Positions 1-8,477 of a DNA stretch of 64,000 bases are shown piece after piece (positions within the stretch are counted from its first letter, which is position 1; the number at the start of each line of letters is the position of its first letter). Under the pieces are notes generated by a model. It did not search any database. It worked only from the letters and a program-made list of their open reading frames with translations, and was not told where the DNA came from. A program made the translations under genes and the position numbers. This stretch comes from Bdellovibrionales bacterium. Lineage in GTDB: Bacteria; Bdellovibrionota; Bdellovibrionia; Bdellovibrionales; UBA1609. The stretch spans positions 5,160-69,159 of the forward strand of contig JAPPLG010000016.1 in NCBI GenBank assembly GCA_028819545.1. Direction: 5' to 3'.

Positions 1-229
1 TTCCTCCAGGAGAATTGATATAAAGATGAATATCTTTTGAGGGGTTGTCCATCTCCAAAAAAAACATTTGTGCAATAATGCTATTTGCTAACTCATCTGT
101 GACAGGATGCCCCAACATAATAATGCGGTCCTTAAGAAGACGCGAATAAATATCGTAGCTTCTCTCCCCCTGTGGCGTATGCTCAATAACAATAGGAACC
201 AAGGCGCTTTTTTTATATTCATTTTTCAT
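1..229 (-). CDS. clpP: ClpP protease proteolytic subunit, N-terminal 76 codons (gene continues beyond window start)
   Basis: Own minus-strand translation from ATG 229-227: [76 protein letters not shown]. This is a canonical ClpP N-terminus. Not in the ORF track because it is truncated. Confidence 0.9.
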   Translation of the reverse strand, partial: MKNEYKKSALVPIVIEHTPQGERSYDIYSRLLKDRIIMLGHPVTDELANSIIAQMFFLEMDNPSKDIHLYINSPGG

Positions 230-352
230 ACTTATCCGCTCCAGTACAAAGGTCCATTTACGTAAATAAAGTATTTCTCCTAGCTTTTTCGGGATATTTT
301 GTCCAGGCCTAAAATTTAATTGACTGTCTCATATCAAATCACCTCTAAATCC

Positions 353-381
353 TTGACAAAACCATACAATCTATTAAAAAT
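353..381 (+). promoter_or_regulatory. Possible sigma70-type promoter for pepA (TTGACA, ~16-17 nt spacer, TAAAAAT)
   Basis: TTGACA at 353-358 followed by an A/T-rich -10-like hexamer around 375-381, about 40 nt upstream of GTG 421. Motif reading only. Confidence 0.3.
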
Positions 382-420
382 TTGGCCCTTCAACCCTAAC
401 CTAACATAGGAGTCTAAACC

Positions 421-1884
421 GTGAGAGTTGTCTACCACAATATAAAAGATAAGAAAAAAAATTACGATGCTTTTGTTTTATTTGTTCCAAAAAATAACGC
501 AGAAAAATTTCTTAAATCTCAACCACAAATTATTAAACAAGTTTTAAAAGAAAAACTGTTTAAAGGTGAAAAAAATGAAGTGTTATTTTTACCCTATCAT
601 CCTGTGCATCACGGAAAACACTTAATCTTAGCAGGGCTGGAAGACTCTAAAAACCACCAGGCTTACAGACAAGCCAGCGGACGGGTTTATAAAATTTTGA
701 ATCAAAACAAATTAAAATCAGCGGCAGTGGATTTATCTTCCGTCTCACAATCCCCGGAAGTGATTCGGGCTGTCACTGAAGGGTTTTTACTGTCTCACTA
801 TAAATATGATTCGCTGAAACAAAAACAAGAAAAAACCTCACAAGTTTCAGAAATATTGCTATTAACGACTTCCAAAGCAAACACTGTTTTACAAGAAGCT
901 ACTGTCTTAGCGGAAGCCACTAATTTTGCCCGTTATTTGGGAGATACTCCAAGCAATTTAATGACCCCCTCCATTTTAACCGACGAAATTCGAAAACAAG
1001 CCCGAGGAACAACTCTCCAAGTCAGCACTTGGAATAAAGAAAAAATTAAAAAAGAAAAAATGGGAGGCCTTTTAGGCGTATCTTTAGGCAGTTCTCAAGA
1101 ACCTCGTTTTATCGCTATGGAATATAAAGGCGCTAAACCCTCTGCAAAACCAATTTGCTTTGTAGGAAAAGGAGTCACTTTTGATTCCGGGGGGATCAGC
1201 ATTAAACCTTCTCCAGGAATGGATGAGATGAAATTTGACATGTGCGGATCAGCCGCTGTTGCCGGAGTTATGCTGGCTATTTCCCGTATGAAATTAAAAA
1301 TCAATGTTATTGCATTTATTTCAGCAACAGAAAACATGCCTGGTGCTTCTGCAAATAAACCTGGAGATGTTCTTACAGCCAGAAATGGAAAAACAATGGA
1401 AGTCTTAAATACAGATGCGGAAGGACGTCTTATTTTAGCGGATGCTTTATCTTACGCCAGTGAGAAAAAACCAGAAGTCATATACGACGCCGCTACATTA
1501 ACAGGAGCTATGGTGATGGCTCTTGGAAATTCTCATACAGGTTTTTTTACAAGAAACAGCTCGCTTAGAAAAAGAATAGAAGAGTCTGCTAAAAAATCAG
1601 GAGAAAGTGTGTGGGCTATGCCTTTGGTTGACGACCATGTGGAAGACATTAAAAGCAATGTTGCTGATGTGGCTAACATCTCTTCTTTTAGAGGAGCAGG
1701 AAGTGCAACAGCGGCGGCTTTCTTGGAACACTTTGTAGATAAAAATATTCCGTGGGCGCATTTTGATATTGCAGGAACAGCTTGGAGTGTTTCCAATAGA
1801 CTGAGCTACTGCCGGCCAAAAGGAGCCTCCGGTGTAATGGTCCGCACTTTTTATGAATTGGCTTGCAGTCATCTTAAAAAATAA
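421..1884 (+). CDS. pepA: Leucyl aminopeptidase, M17 family
   Basis: 487 aa with the M17 signature NTDAEGRLILADAL, plus VGKGVTFDSGG and MKFDMCGSAAV metal/active-site blocks. GTG start. Confidence 0.93.
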   Translation: MRVVYHNIKDKKKNYDAFVLFVPKNNAEKFLKSQPQIIKQVLKEKLFKGEKNEVLFLPYHPVHHGKHLILAGLEDSKNHQAYRQASGRVYKILNQNKLKSAAVDLSSVSQSPEVIRAVTEGFLLSHYKYDSLKQKQEKTSQVSEILLLTTSKANTVLQEATVLAEATNFARYLGDTPSNLMTPSILTDEIRKQARGTTLQVSTWNKEKIKKEKMGGLLGVSLGSSQEPRFIAMEYKGAKPSAKPICFVGKGVTFDSGGISIKPSPGMDEMKFDMCGSAAVAGVMLAISRMKLKINVIAFISATENMPGASANKPGDVLTARNGKTMEVLNTDAEGRLILADALSYASEKKPEVIYDAATLTGAMVMALGNSHTGFFTRNSSLRKRIEESAKKSGESVWAMPLVDDHVEDIKSNVADVANISSFRGAGSATAAAFLEHFVDKNIPWAHFDIAGTAWSVSNRLSYCRPKGASGVMVRTFYELACSHLKK

Positions 1885-1949
1885 ACTGGACCTGTACATC
1901 CTCTAAAAAACTTGAAATTTTCATCAGCTTTTTTATATACTTAAAGAGT

Positions 1950-2627
1950 ATGTTTGTTTTTAATAGAAAGATTTACAAACCTCTTTTGGTTATTTTCGGA
2001 TTTGTTCTTTTTTCCATAGCCTCTTATGTTATTGGATACCAAGTGGGCTTTAAATCATGGGGCAAACAAATTTCAATCTCACTGGATCCTGCTCTTTCTG
2101 TCAGAGGACTGGCTTCCACTGAATCCGCCGCCCGAAGCATAGCCACTGTTTCCAATGAAGAATATACCAACCCCCAAAACTTATTTGATAAAGCTCAAAT
2201 TCTTGAAAACACCCAATCAGATAGTATTCTCTTTGTCATCGGAAACCTTCTCCATACAGATGAACAGGGTAATACATCTTTTGTGTGTAAAAATTTCTCT
2301 CAAGTACAGCTTTGGTTTGAAGCTTTAGGCTTGGCCATTAAAGGTGAAAAGGTAATTATGACAATCAATACAGATTGTACAGAAAATAAAGACCATCAAT
2401 ATATTGGTCCTTTCAGCATCCCCGCAAAAAAAATCTTAGAATCATCCATTGTTGAAAGCACATTTAGTGAGAATAATAGCGAAATTCAATTTGAGAATGT
2501 GTCTCTATCCTGGCCTAAATCGTGGGTGCTGATCAAAGCTGATTTCAAAAAAGCTGGAACATCTGACTTTTCTGTAGTTACTGAAACACCGGAAACTGAA
2601 GACGATATTTTTGTTATTGAACTTTAG
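1950..2627 (+). CDS. Hypothetical membrane-anchored protein
   Basis: 225 aa with an N-terminal TM/signal anchor (LLVIFGFVLFSIASYVIGY). Its last ~60 nt are the sequence repeated at 3894 and 4976. Confidence 0.6.
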   Translation: MFVFNRKIYKPLLVIFGFVLFSIASYVIGYQVGFKSWGKQISISLDPALSVRGLASTESAARSIATVSNEEYTNPQNLFDKAQILENTQSDSILFVIGNLLHTDEQGNTSFVCKNFSQVQLWFEALGLAIKGEKVIMTINTDCTENKDHQYIGPFSIPAKKILESSIVESTFSENNSEIQFENVSLSWPKSWVLIKADFKKAGTSDFSVVTETPETEDDIFVIEL

Positions 2628-2632
2628 TTGCT
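2568..2632 (+). repeat. Junction repeat copy 1 (native 3' end of the 1950-2627 gene)
   Basis: TTTTCTGTAGTTACTGAAACACCGGAAACTGAAGACGATATTTTTGTTATTGAACTTTA recurs at 3894-3958 and, as a shorter copy, at 4976-5015. Confidence 0.9.
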
Positions 2633-2875
2633 TTTGCTGTCTGAAGAATTTGTAAAATATACTTCAGCAATTACTTCTTTTCCAGTTTTGAGCTTTTCAT
2701 TCTTTGAAATAAACTTTCTGGGCACCACTATTTGTGATTTTGATTCTAATGACAACAAAGTGACGTTTTTACCGTCGTACTTCATCACAACGCCCTTGAT
2801 TTTAACCGGTTCTACTACAGCCGCCCAGCTGAATTGCAGTATCATACAGAACAAAACATAAATAAATATTTTCAT
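2624..2875 (-). CDS. Small secreted hypothetical protein
   Basis: 83 aa with signal peptide MKIFIYVLFCMILQFSWA. Sits immediately upstream-adjacent to the 294-aa gene on the same strand. Confidence 0.5.
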   Translation of the reverse strand: MKIFIYVLFCMILQFSWAAVVEPVKIKGVVMKYDGKNVTLLSLESKSQIVVPRKFISKNEKLKTGKEVIAEVYFTNSSDSKSN

Positions 2876-3893
2876 ATTACCTCACTCCTTTCGATGATTT
2901 GAATAATTGAATCTCAGAACGAGGAGTATCATCAGTCCATGGCAGTGTTTGAATAGGGGATTCTGACGAAGGCTTATGAATGTTTACAGATACTTGCTGA
3001 CTATTGATACAGTCATCCGCATTAGGACACCGATTGGAATCTACAGGATCGCAGTAAACTGGTATGGTTTGATTTGGAAAACTGCCTACACGACATTTTA
3101 CTTCACCTATGCAAACCGCTGGAAGCTGACACAAACCATTGCTCTGTGCAAATACAACAGGTGAAGGAGTAGAGCCAATGTATTCGCAATATGAAACACT
3201 AGGATTTGTTGCAGAAACAGTTTTCCTGCGGATAGAAGTTGAAAAATCTTCTTGTACTGCACCAGCAGGAATAGGCCACTCTAACTCCCTGAAACTACTA
3301 CGCTCTATCTCCGGTGAAACAGCATTATAAGTAAAAATCAACTCATCCAGAGACGGTTCTTCCTCTGGACTGTCAGACCAACTTTGAGCGAGTTTTTTTA
3401 ATCCCTCTGCCCCTTTTATTTGAGCAAGATGGTTTTTATAATCGTCATTATCAGGATATTTTTCAGCATTATCCATTATTGATGCTACTTCTATAATTAT
3501 CTGTTCACGTTTATAAGCTCCCTGTGAATAATCTGCTCGCGGCCTTTCCCATTTTAGGCTGGAAGGAGAAAAGCCTGAGCTTTCCACCTCATCATAAACT
3601 TCTCGCATTGTTTTGTCCGGCATATATTTTTGAGCAAATAAAAGAAATCCTCTATCACTTTTGTAAATCCCGTTCGTCAAGATCGCTTGAATTTCCTGTG
3701 GTATGAAAGCGTTTGCCGTAAACATCATGAAAGCAAGTAGAAATAAAAACAAAAAATTCATAGAAACTCCTTTTCAAATTATCAAAGAGAAAATCCCAAG
3801 ATTTTATGATAAAACGAAACACAATTTGTGTTTATAAGAATCTATAAAAACTGTACCAATGTACTGTGAAAGATCCATGATGGTCAAAACAGT
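2633..3893. mobile_element. Accessory cassette A-I (two secreted-protein genes) bounded by junction repeat copies 1 and 2
   Basis: Lies exactly between repeat copies 2568-2632 and 3894-3958. No recombinase gene inside. Confidence 0.55.
2877..3761 (-). CDS. Secreted hypothetical protein with a Cys-rich C-terminal half
   Basis: 294 aa with signal peptide MNFLFLFLLAFMMFTANA and multiple Cys in the last 100 aa. Confidence 0.6.
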   Translation of the reverse strand: MNFLFLFLLAFMMFTANAFIPQEIQAILTNGIYKSDRGFLLFAQKYMPDKTMREVYDEVESSGFSPSSLKWERPRADYSQGAYKREQIIIEVASIMDNAEKYPDNDDYKNHLAQIKGAEGLKKLAQSWSDSPEEEPSLDELIFTYNAVSPEIERSSFRELEWPIPAGAVQEDFSTSIRRKTVSATNPSVSYCEYIGSTPSPVVFAQSNGLCQLPAVCIGEVKCRVGSFPNQTIPVYCDPVDSNRCPNADDCINSQQVSVNIHKPSSESPIQTLPWTDDTPRSEIQLFKSSKGVR

Positions 3894-4068
3894 TTTTCTG
3901 TAGTCACTGAAACACCAGAAACTGAAGACGATATTTTTGTTATTGAACTTTAAGTAGTTGCTAACGAGGCTGTTTCAACATGAGTAAGAAATCCCATAGT
4001 GACTTTGCCATAGACACTGCAGATTTTTTAGCTCGTTCTTTTTCTTCAGAAGAAAATTTTTCTAAACA
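3894..4068. repeat. Junction repeat copy 2: decayed fragment of the 1950-2627 3' end fused to a decayed 3' fragment of the CADD-like gene
   Basis: 3894-3958 matches 2568-2632. 3952-4068 matches 5016-5135 with about 12 differences in ~160 nt by manual alignment, including a 1-nt deletion. It is non-coding remnant sequence. Confidence 0.85.
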
Positions 4069-4124
4069 CTAGAAAGTGTTTCTTCAACAATCTGTTTTAC
4101 ATAAGATAAAATTAGAAATTATTG

Positions 4125-4499
4125 CTATAATACTTTGGATTGAAAATTTCTCATCATACAAATTGAAGGATCGATAGAAAAACAGAAAACACTTTGTTTT
4201 TCATCTAAAAGATAATTGATTGAAAAAGAACCACTCCCAATAATATCCATTCCGATAATAGCCATATATTCTCCTGTATCAAAACAACCAACTTTGTATT
4301 TAAGCAGGGTGATGTCATTTGATAGTTTTATGTCGATATAGTGGATAGGGCATGCAACTTCACTTCCATTTGCCATTCTAACTGTCTTGGCACTATCAAC
4401 ATTTCTTAGTTCCAGATTGGCAATAGTTTTTTTATGTACAACAGTAAATGTGGCTCCAGTATCCCATAACACCTTACCTCTCTTTTTTTTTATTTTCAT
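4125..4499 (-). CDS. Retropepsin-like (clan AA) aspartic protease, possibly frameshifted at an A9 tract with an upstream ORF from 4581
   Basis: LWDTGATFTVV (catalytic DTGA) and IIGMDIIG motifs. A 35-codon ORF (4581-4474) overlaps its start and would fuse by a 1-nt shift in the A9 run at 4483-4491. Confidence 0.7.
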   Translation of the reverse strand: MKIKKKRGKVLWDTGATFTVVHKKTIANLELRNVDSAKTVRMANGSEVACPIHYIDIKLSNDITLLKYKVGCFDTGEYMAIIGMDIIGSGSFSINYLLDEKQSVFCFSIDPSICMMRNFQSKVL

Positions 4500-4607
4500 T
4501 TAGTGGATTTAACAGAGAAATTTCTGTTTCAATTTGAGTAAAAAAAGAATTTTGATGAATAGAAATAAGTTTATGTGCCATATATATTCACTTATTATTT
4601 TAATATT

Positions 4608-4856
4608 TTAAGAATTGACGTTGATTCTAGATATATATTCAATTTTATTAGTTATTTCTTGGACAAGAAAACTTCCTGGAATAAGATTATTGTCCCTTAT
4701 ATATTGTCTTGCTAGATCTTCTGTATCAAAAATATCAATAACCTTTTCATTTTGCACAACAGCAAATTTTCCTTCATTTTTTTGAATCAAAGAAGGTAGC
4801 TTAGTTTTAAAAAACTCATAATTCTTAAGCCAAGACTCTTTAGATGGACACATCAT
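4608..4856 (-). CDS. Small soluble hypothetical protein, partner of the retropepsin-like gene
   Basis: 82 aa, co-oriented and directly upstream of the protease ORF. The GKFAVVQNEKVI...SFLVQEI pattern is reminiscent of small partner proteins seen next to such proteases. That resemblance is from memory and unverified. Confidence 0.55.
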   Translation of the reverse strand: MMCPSKESWLKNYEFFKTKLPSLIQKNEGKFAVVQNEKVIDIFDTEDLARQYIRDNNLIPGSFLVQEITNKIEYISRINVNS

Positions 4857-4975
4857 AGATAAGCTTACATATAATTTTTCAACTTATCAACTGTCAAATG
4901 AATAACTCTTACAAGCCATTTCAATACTTACAGAAAGTCTAGAAAAAGATATATTTGTTTTGCTGTAATTTATAA

Positions 4976-5135
4976 AAACACCGGAAACTGAAGACGATAT
5001 TTTTGTTATTGAACTTTAAGCAGTTGCTAACGAGGCTGTTTCAACATGAGTAAGAAAATCCCATAGAGACTTTGCCATAGACACCGCAGACTTTTTAGCC
5101 CGCTCTTTTTCTTCAGAAGAAAACTTCTCCAACAA
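4976..5135. repeat. Junction repeat copy 3 (short 1950-2627 3' fragment followed by the intact 3' end of the CADD-like gene)
   Basis: AAACACCGGAAACTGAAGACGATATTTTTGTTATTGAACTTTAAGCAGTTGCTAACGAGG... The overlapping stops (CTTTAAG) reconstruct an uninterrupted convergent junction. Confidence 0.9.
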
Positions 5136-5681
5136 AACTTCTATAGCCTGACGATGATAAATATCTGCAGATTTATGCTCTTCAAAGAAAGACAAAGTCT
5201 TTTTATCTGTAATGTGATAATGACTTTTCAAACCTGTCATCTTTGTCTCAGCCACTTCAGGCACTTGGTATTCATAGCTGTAAAGTGCAGACAGCCCTTC
5301 AGGATAAGAAGAGCGGCAGTGAGAGAAAAAAGTATCAATCACTTTTTTTATATTGGGACAAAGAACAGCTTGTTGAACTTCTTCTTTTGTTAAACCCAAA
5401 CCCTCTGCAAAAGACATCCACAATTCCGGATGAGGAGTGCCTCTTTGCCCTTCTTCATCATTTAAATTTTCCAGTAAAATTTTTCTGTCCTGAGCATTTT
5501 CACAAAGAGAGTGCAAAGCACTGATATATCTCGGGAAAGCAGACACATGATGATAGTATTGACTGGCATAGTACTTCAATTGACCTTTGGAAACTTCCCC
5601 TTTTTCCCATTTTTGGTAAAAAGTATGTTTCAGTAGGTGATAAGGAGCTAATGCTGATTTTAACTCTTGAACAAAACTCAT
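5016..5681 (-). CDS. CADD/PqqC/TenA-type heme-oxygenase-like (iron-containing redox enzyme family) protein
   Basis: 221 aa. HLLKHTFYQKWEKGEVSKGQLKYYASQYYHHVSAFPRYISAL and LNDEEG...HPELWMSFAEGLG match my memory of the CADD-like family. Confidence 0.8.
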   Translation of the reverse strand: MSFVQELKSALAPYHLLKHTFYQKWEKGEVSKGQLKYYASQYYHHVSAFPRYISALHSLCENAQDRKILLENLNDEEGQRGTPHPELWMSFAEGLGLTKEEVQQAVLCPNIKKVIDTFFSHCRSSYPEGLSALYSYEYQVPEVAETKMTGLKSHYHITDKKTLSFFEEHKSADIYHRQAIEVLLEKFSSEEKERAKKSAVSMAKSLWDFLTHVETASLATA

Positions 5682-5703
5682 GTCTTTCTCCGCAATTAAA
5701 AAA

Positions 5704-5961
5704 TTATTTTTTCGATTTTTTGGCCATACTGTATTTTTTCATAAATTTTTCAGCTCGACCTTCTGTATCCACTAGACGTTGCTGTCCTGTATAGAAAGGG
5801 TGGGACTGGCTGGACACATCAAAAGTAAACAGAGGGTAAGTTTTACCTTTAATTTCTGTTGTTTCTTTTGTGGCCGCTGTGGACAAAGTCACTATTTCAA
5901 ATCCACAAGAAATATCTCTGAATACCACTTCTCTAAGCTTAGGGTGAATGTCTTTTTTCAT
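5704..5961 (-). CDS. rpmE: Ribosomal protein L31, type B
   Basis: MKKDIHPKLREVVFRD...HPFYTG. It lacks the CxxC zinc motif, so type B. The probable start is the MKKDIHPK Met rather than the ORF-track start at 5976. Confidence 0.9.
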   Translation of the reverse strand: MKKDIHPKLREVVFRDISCGFEIVTLSTAATKETTEIKGKTYPLFTFDVSSQSHPFYTGQQRLVDTEGRAEKFMKKYSMAKKSKK

Positions 5962-6010
5962 ATTTATTCTCTCCACTTAACCTTTCAGAATGGACTTGAT
6001 ATTTTATATC

Positions 6011-6277
6011 TTAACTAAAATCAAGGATTTTTTTCAGCAAAGACTCTCTTAGCTCCTCAGAGTCATTAGGGCCTGTATAAAGCACAAGATTTCTCATCTC
6101 TTTTACATGTTGTTGATAATTATCAGGCAATTCTTCACCCAGACGATTAATATACACAACCAGCCTTCGTCTAAAATCACCTCTATCGACCTCCTGAAGG
6201 TGAGTCACTTTATCTTTAAATTCTCTAATGAGACTATCCATAAGCAAAAATGTATACAAAGACCAGGATTCATGCAA
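6011..6277 (-). CDS. Hypothetical protein
   Basis: 88-aa ORF in an otherwise empty gap. No recognisable motif. Confidence 0.4.
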   Translation of the reverse strand: MHESWSLYTFLLMDSLIREFKDKVTHLQEVDRGDFRRRLVVYINRLGEELPDNYQQHVKEMRNLVLYTGPNDSEELRESLLKKILDFS

Positions 6278-6327
6278 TGATAAAATACAGAGTTGCCATA
6301 CAAACTAGTGTATCCAAGGTTTAAATA

Positions 6328-6786
6328 ATGAAATTTTTGTTTTTCTTTCTATCAGTTTTTCTGACTCACTGTAATTTATTTACTCCCCAACCTATAACCT
6401 CCAAAACTTCAGAAAACGGATCTGACGAAGAATTAATCAAGCTCAGCATCTGCCATGATGTAGATACGTTTTCTTCATGCACTAGCCCCTCCGCTTCCAC
6501 ACCTAAAGATCTTCTGGCATGCAAAAGGGAGTTTTCAAAAATACTAAGGGACACATTGGATGAAATAGATAACTCTCAAACAAATTTTTCTCTTACTCCT
6601 GAAGAAGAAAGAAATTTTAATTCCGCATTAAAAAGGCAAGAAGACTGCATCAGTGAACCCTCAGCAAAAGTAGATTCAGTTGGTAGTGATGATGAATTGC
6701 AGGAAGTACATGAAGACATATTATCTTGTGTAGAGGGTTTTACATCATCTGTACAAGACATCATGAAATGCGATCTGGAAACTTAA
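6328..6786 (+). CDS. Putative lipoprotein/secreted Cys-containing acidic protein
   Basis: 152 aa. N-terminal MKFLFFFLSVFLTHC has a lipobox-like LTHC. Confidence 0.5.
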   Translation: MKFLFFFLSVFLTHCNLFTPQPITSKTSENGSDEELIKLSICHDVDTFSSCTSPSASTPKDLLACKREFSKILRDTLDEIDNSQTNFSLTPEEERNFNSALKRQEDCISEPSAKVDSVGSDDELQEVHEDILSCVEGFTSSVQDIMKCDLET

Positions 6787-6792
6787 CGTTCT

Positions 6793-7152
<360 letters not shown>

Positions 7153-7225
7153 TTAAAATAATAAGTCATGCCTTTAAAAATAACTTTAAAGACCATAGTT
7201 TACACAGCTCATACAAAAATCATAA

Positions 7226-7248
7226 TTACATTAAGCTGTAGTCAGGGC
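7226..7248. repeat. Copy of the last 23 nt of the ETF-QO gene (direct repeat of 8478-8500)
   Basis: TTACATTAAGCTGTAGTCAGGGC vs TTACATGAGGCTGTAGTCAGGGC, 21/23 identical. The two copies bracket the ATPase gene. Confidence 0.65.
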
Positions 7249-7259
7249 TGAAAATTCTA

Positions 7260-8441
7260 TTATTTGAGAATTCTGCGGTACTTTTCTATTGTTTTTACAT
7301 AAGGTTCAACCCAAACATGTTCTCCAATTTTTCTACTTCTTTTTTCATAGAGAGAACAGATAATCACCGGAGTTTTTGGAAATTCTCTTTGAAAAGCTTT
7401 AATAGAATGTTTGTTTTTTATTTGCTTTCCAGATTTACATTCAATAGCCATAATCGGCTTTTTTCCAGAATGAATAAGAAAATCTATTTCCCACTTGTCT
7501 TTACGCCAGCACGAAATTTGATGTGCATACTCCATATAATCACGAACTCTAATAAGCTCATTGGCGACCCATGTCTCAAATAAAAAACCCAATTCCTCTG
7601 TTGCAGGTTTATCCGTCAACCTATTCTGAAGCGCCCTTACAATACCACAGTCAAAAAAATAAAATTTAGGACGAGCTTTTTTTCTCTCACTTCGATCAAA
7701 CGGCCAAATAAAACGACCCATCAAAGTATCCTCCAGAATAGAATAGTGCTCCTTCACTGTATTCATATGAACAGAGCATTCTCTGGAAATATTAGAAAAC
7801 TCAATCATTTGTCCATTACACTGAGCCGCTACATCTAAAAAACGGTAGAATGAACTTAAATTTCTAACCAAAGATTCTGCTTTTATCTCTTCTTTAATAT
7901 AGGTAGTGACATAACTTTTTAACTGCCTCACAACACGTTTATTTTGTTTTTGAGCTACCAAAGAAGAAATCAAAGGCAAAGATCCAAAAAGAAGAACATT
8001 ATGAATATTAAAATCTTTTCCTAACTCTTTTATAGTCAATGGATGCAGTTTTAAATCTAAAGCTCTACCGCCAAGTAAGTTAGACTTTCCTCTTTTTAAT
8101 TTCCGAGCACTTGAACCAGAAAGAAAAAATTGAAGATTTTTTTGGTCTATTCCCATTTGAACATAATCCAAAATAGATGGTACTTTTTGAATTTCATCAA
8201 TAATCACTTGAGAACCTGTTTTTAAAGCAGATATTTCTTCCCAAAACATCTGAGGGTGAGTTATGAAATCCTTCTCTAATTGAGGATCTAATAAATCATA
8301 AAACACAGCGCTTTTGCATTGACTCAGAAGATGTGTTTTACCTGTCATGCGAGGACCAAAAAGAAAACAAGAAGATGAGTAATCCTTCATATTCAGCTCT
8401 CTTTTATATATTATATTGTTATTTACGCTCATAAATAACAA
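7260..8441 (-). CDS. COG1373-type AAA ATPase with a C-terminal PD-(D/E)xK-like (DUF4143-type) module; true start may be 8432 or 8390
   Basis: Walker A GPRMTGKTHLL, Walker B VIIDEIQK, LSGSSARKLKRGKSNLLGGRA, and C-terminal WEIDFLI...AIECKSGK (D...ExK). Paralogous to 22471-23610 and 42862-44013. Confidence 0.85.
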   Translation of the reverse strand: MLFMSVNNNIIYKRELNMKDYSSSCFLFGPRMTGKTHLLSQCKSAVFYDLLDPQLEKDFITHPQMFWEEISALKTGSQVIIDEIQKVPSILDYVQMGIDQKNLQFFLSGSSARKLKRGKSNLLGGRALDLKLHPLTIKELGKDFNIHNVLLFGSLPLISSLVAQKQNKRVVRQLKSYVTTYIKEEIKAESLVRNLSSFYRFLDVAAQCNGQMIEFSNISRECSVHMNTVKEHYSILEDTLMGRFIWPFDRSERKKARPKFYFFDCGIVRALQNRLTDKPATEELGFLFETWVANELIRVRDYMEYAHQISCWRKDKWEIDFLIHSGKKPIMAIECKSGKQIKNKHSIKAFQREFPKTPVIICSLYEKRSRKIGEHVWVEPYVKTIEKYRRILK

Positions 8442-8452
8442 TATAATATATA
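8405..8452. promoter_or_regulatory. Perfect 21-bp-arm palindrome (6-nt spacer) at the 5' end of ATPase gene B
   Basis: TATATATTATATTGTTATTTA-cgctca-TAAATAACAATATAATATATA. It lies upstream of the likely start at 8390. Confidence 0.6.
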
Positions 8453-8477
8453 AATACTAGAATTGTAAAGCTCTTTT

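Larger units (their letters stand above)
4069..4975. mobile_element. Accessory cassette A-II (82-aa protein + retropepsin-like protease) bounded by junction repeat copies 2 and 3
   Basis: Lies exactly between repeat copies 3894-4068 and 4976-5135. No recombinase gene inside. Confidence 0.55.
7249..8477 (-). mobile_element. Single-gene ATPase cassette B inserted at the stop codon of ETF-QO
   Basis: Bounded by 7226-7248 and 8478-8500. The only cargo is the COG1373-type ATPase gene plus a 21-bp-arm palindrome at its 5' end. Confidence 0.5.

Noticed and set aside
1095-1899. Antisense ORFs inside pepA (1095-1337, 1533-1796, 1597-1899). Similar shadow ORFs occur inside feoB (11021-11593), pheT, polA, the giant gene, htrA, eno, the permease and others.
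   Set aside because: They lie fully within, and opposite to, genes with strong family signatures. Their sequences are low-complexity or odd and carry no motifs, which is typical of shadow ORFs.
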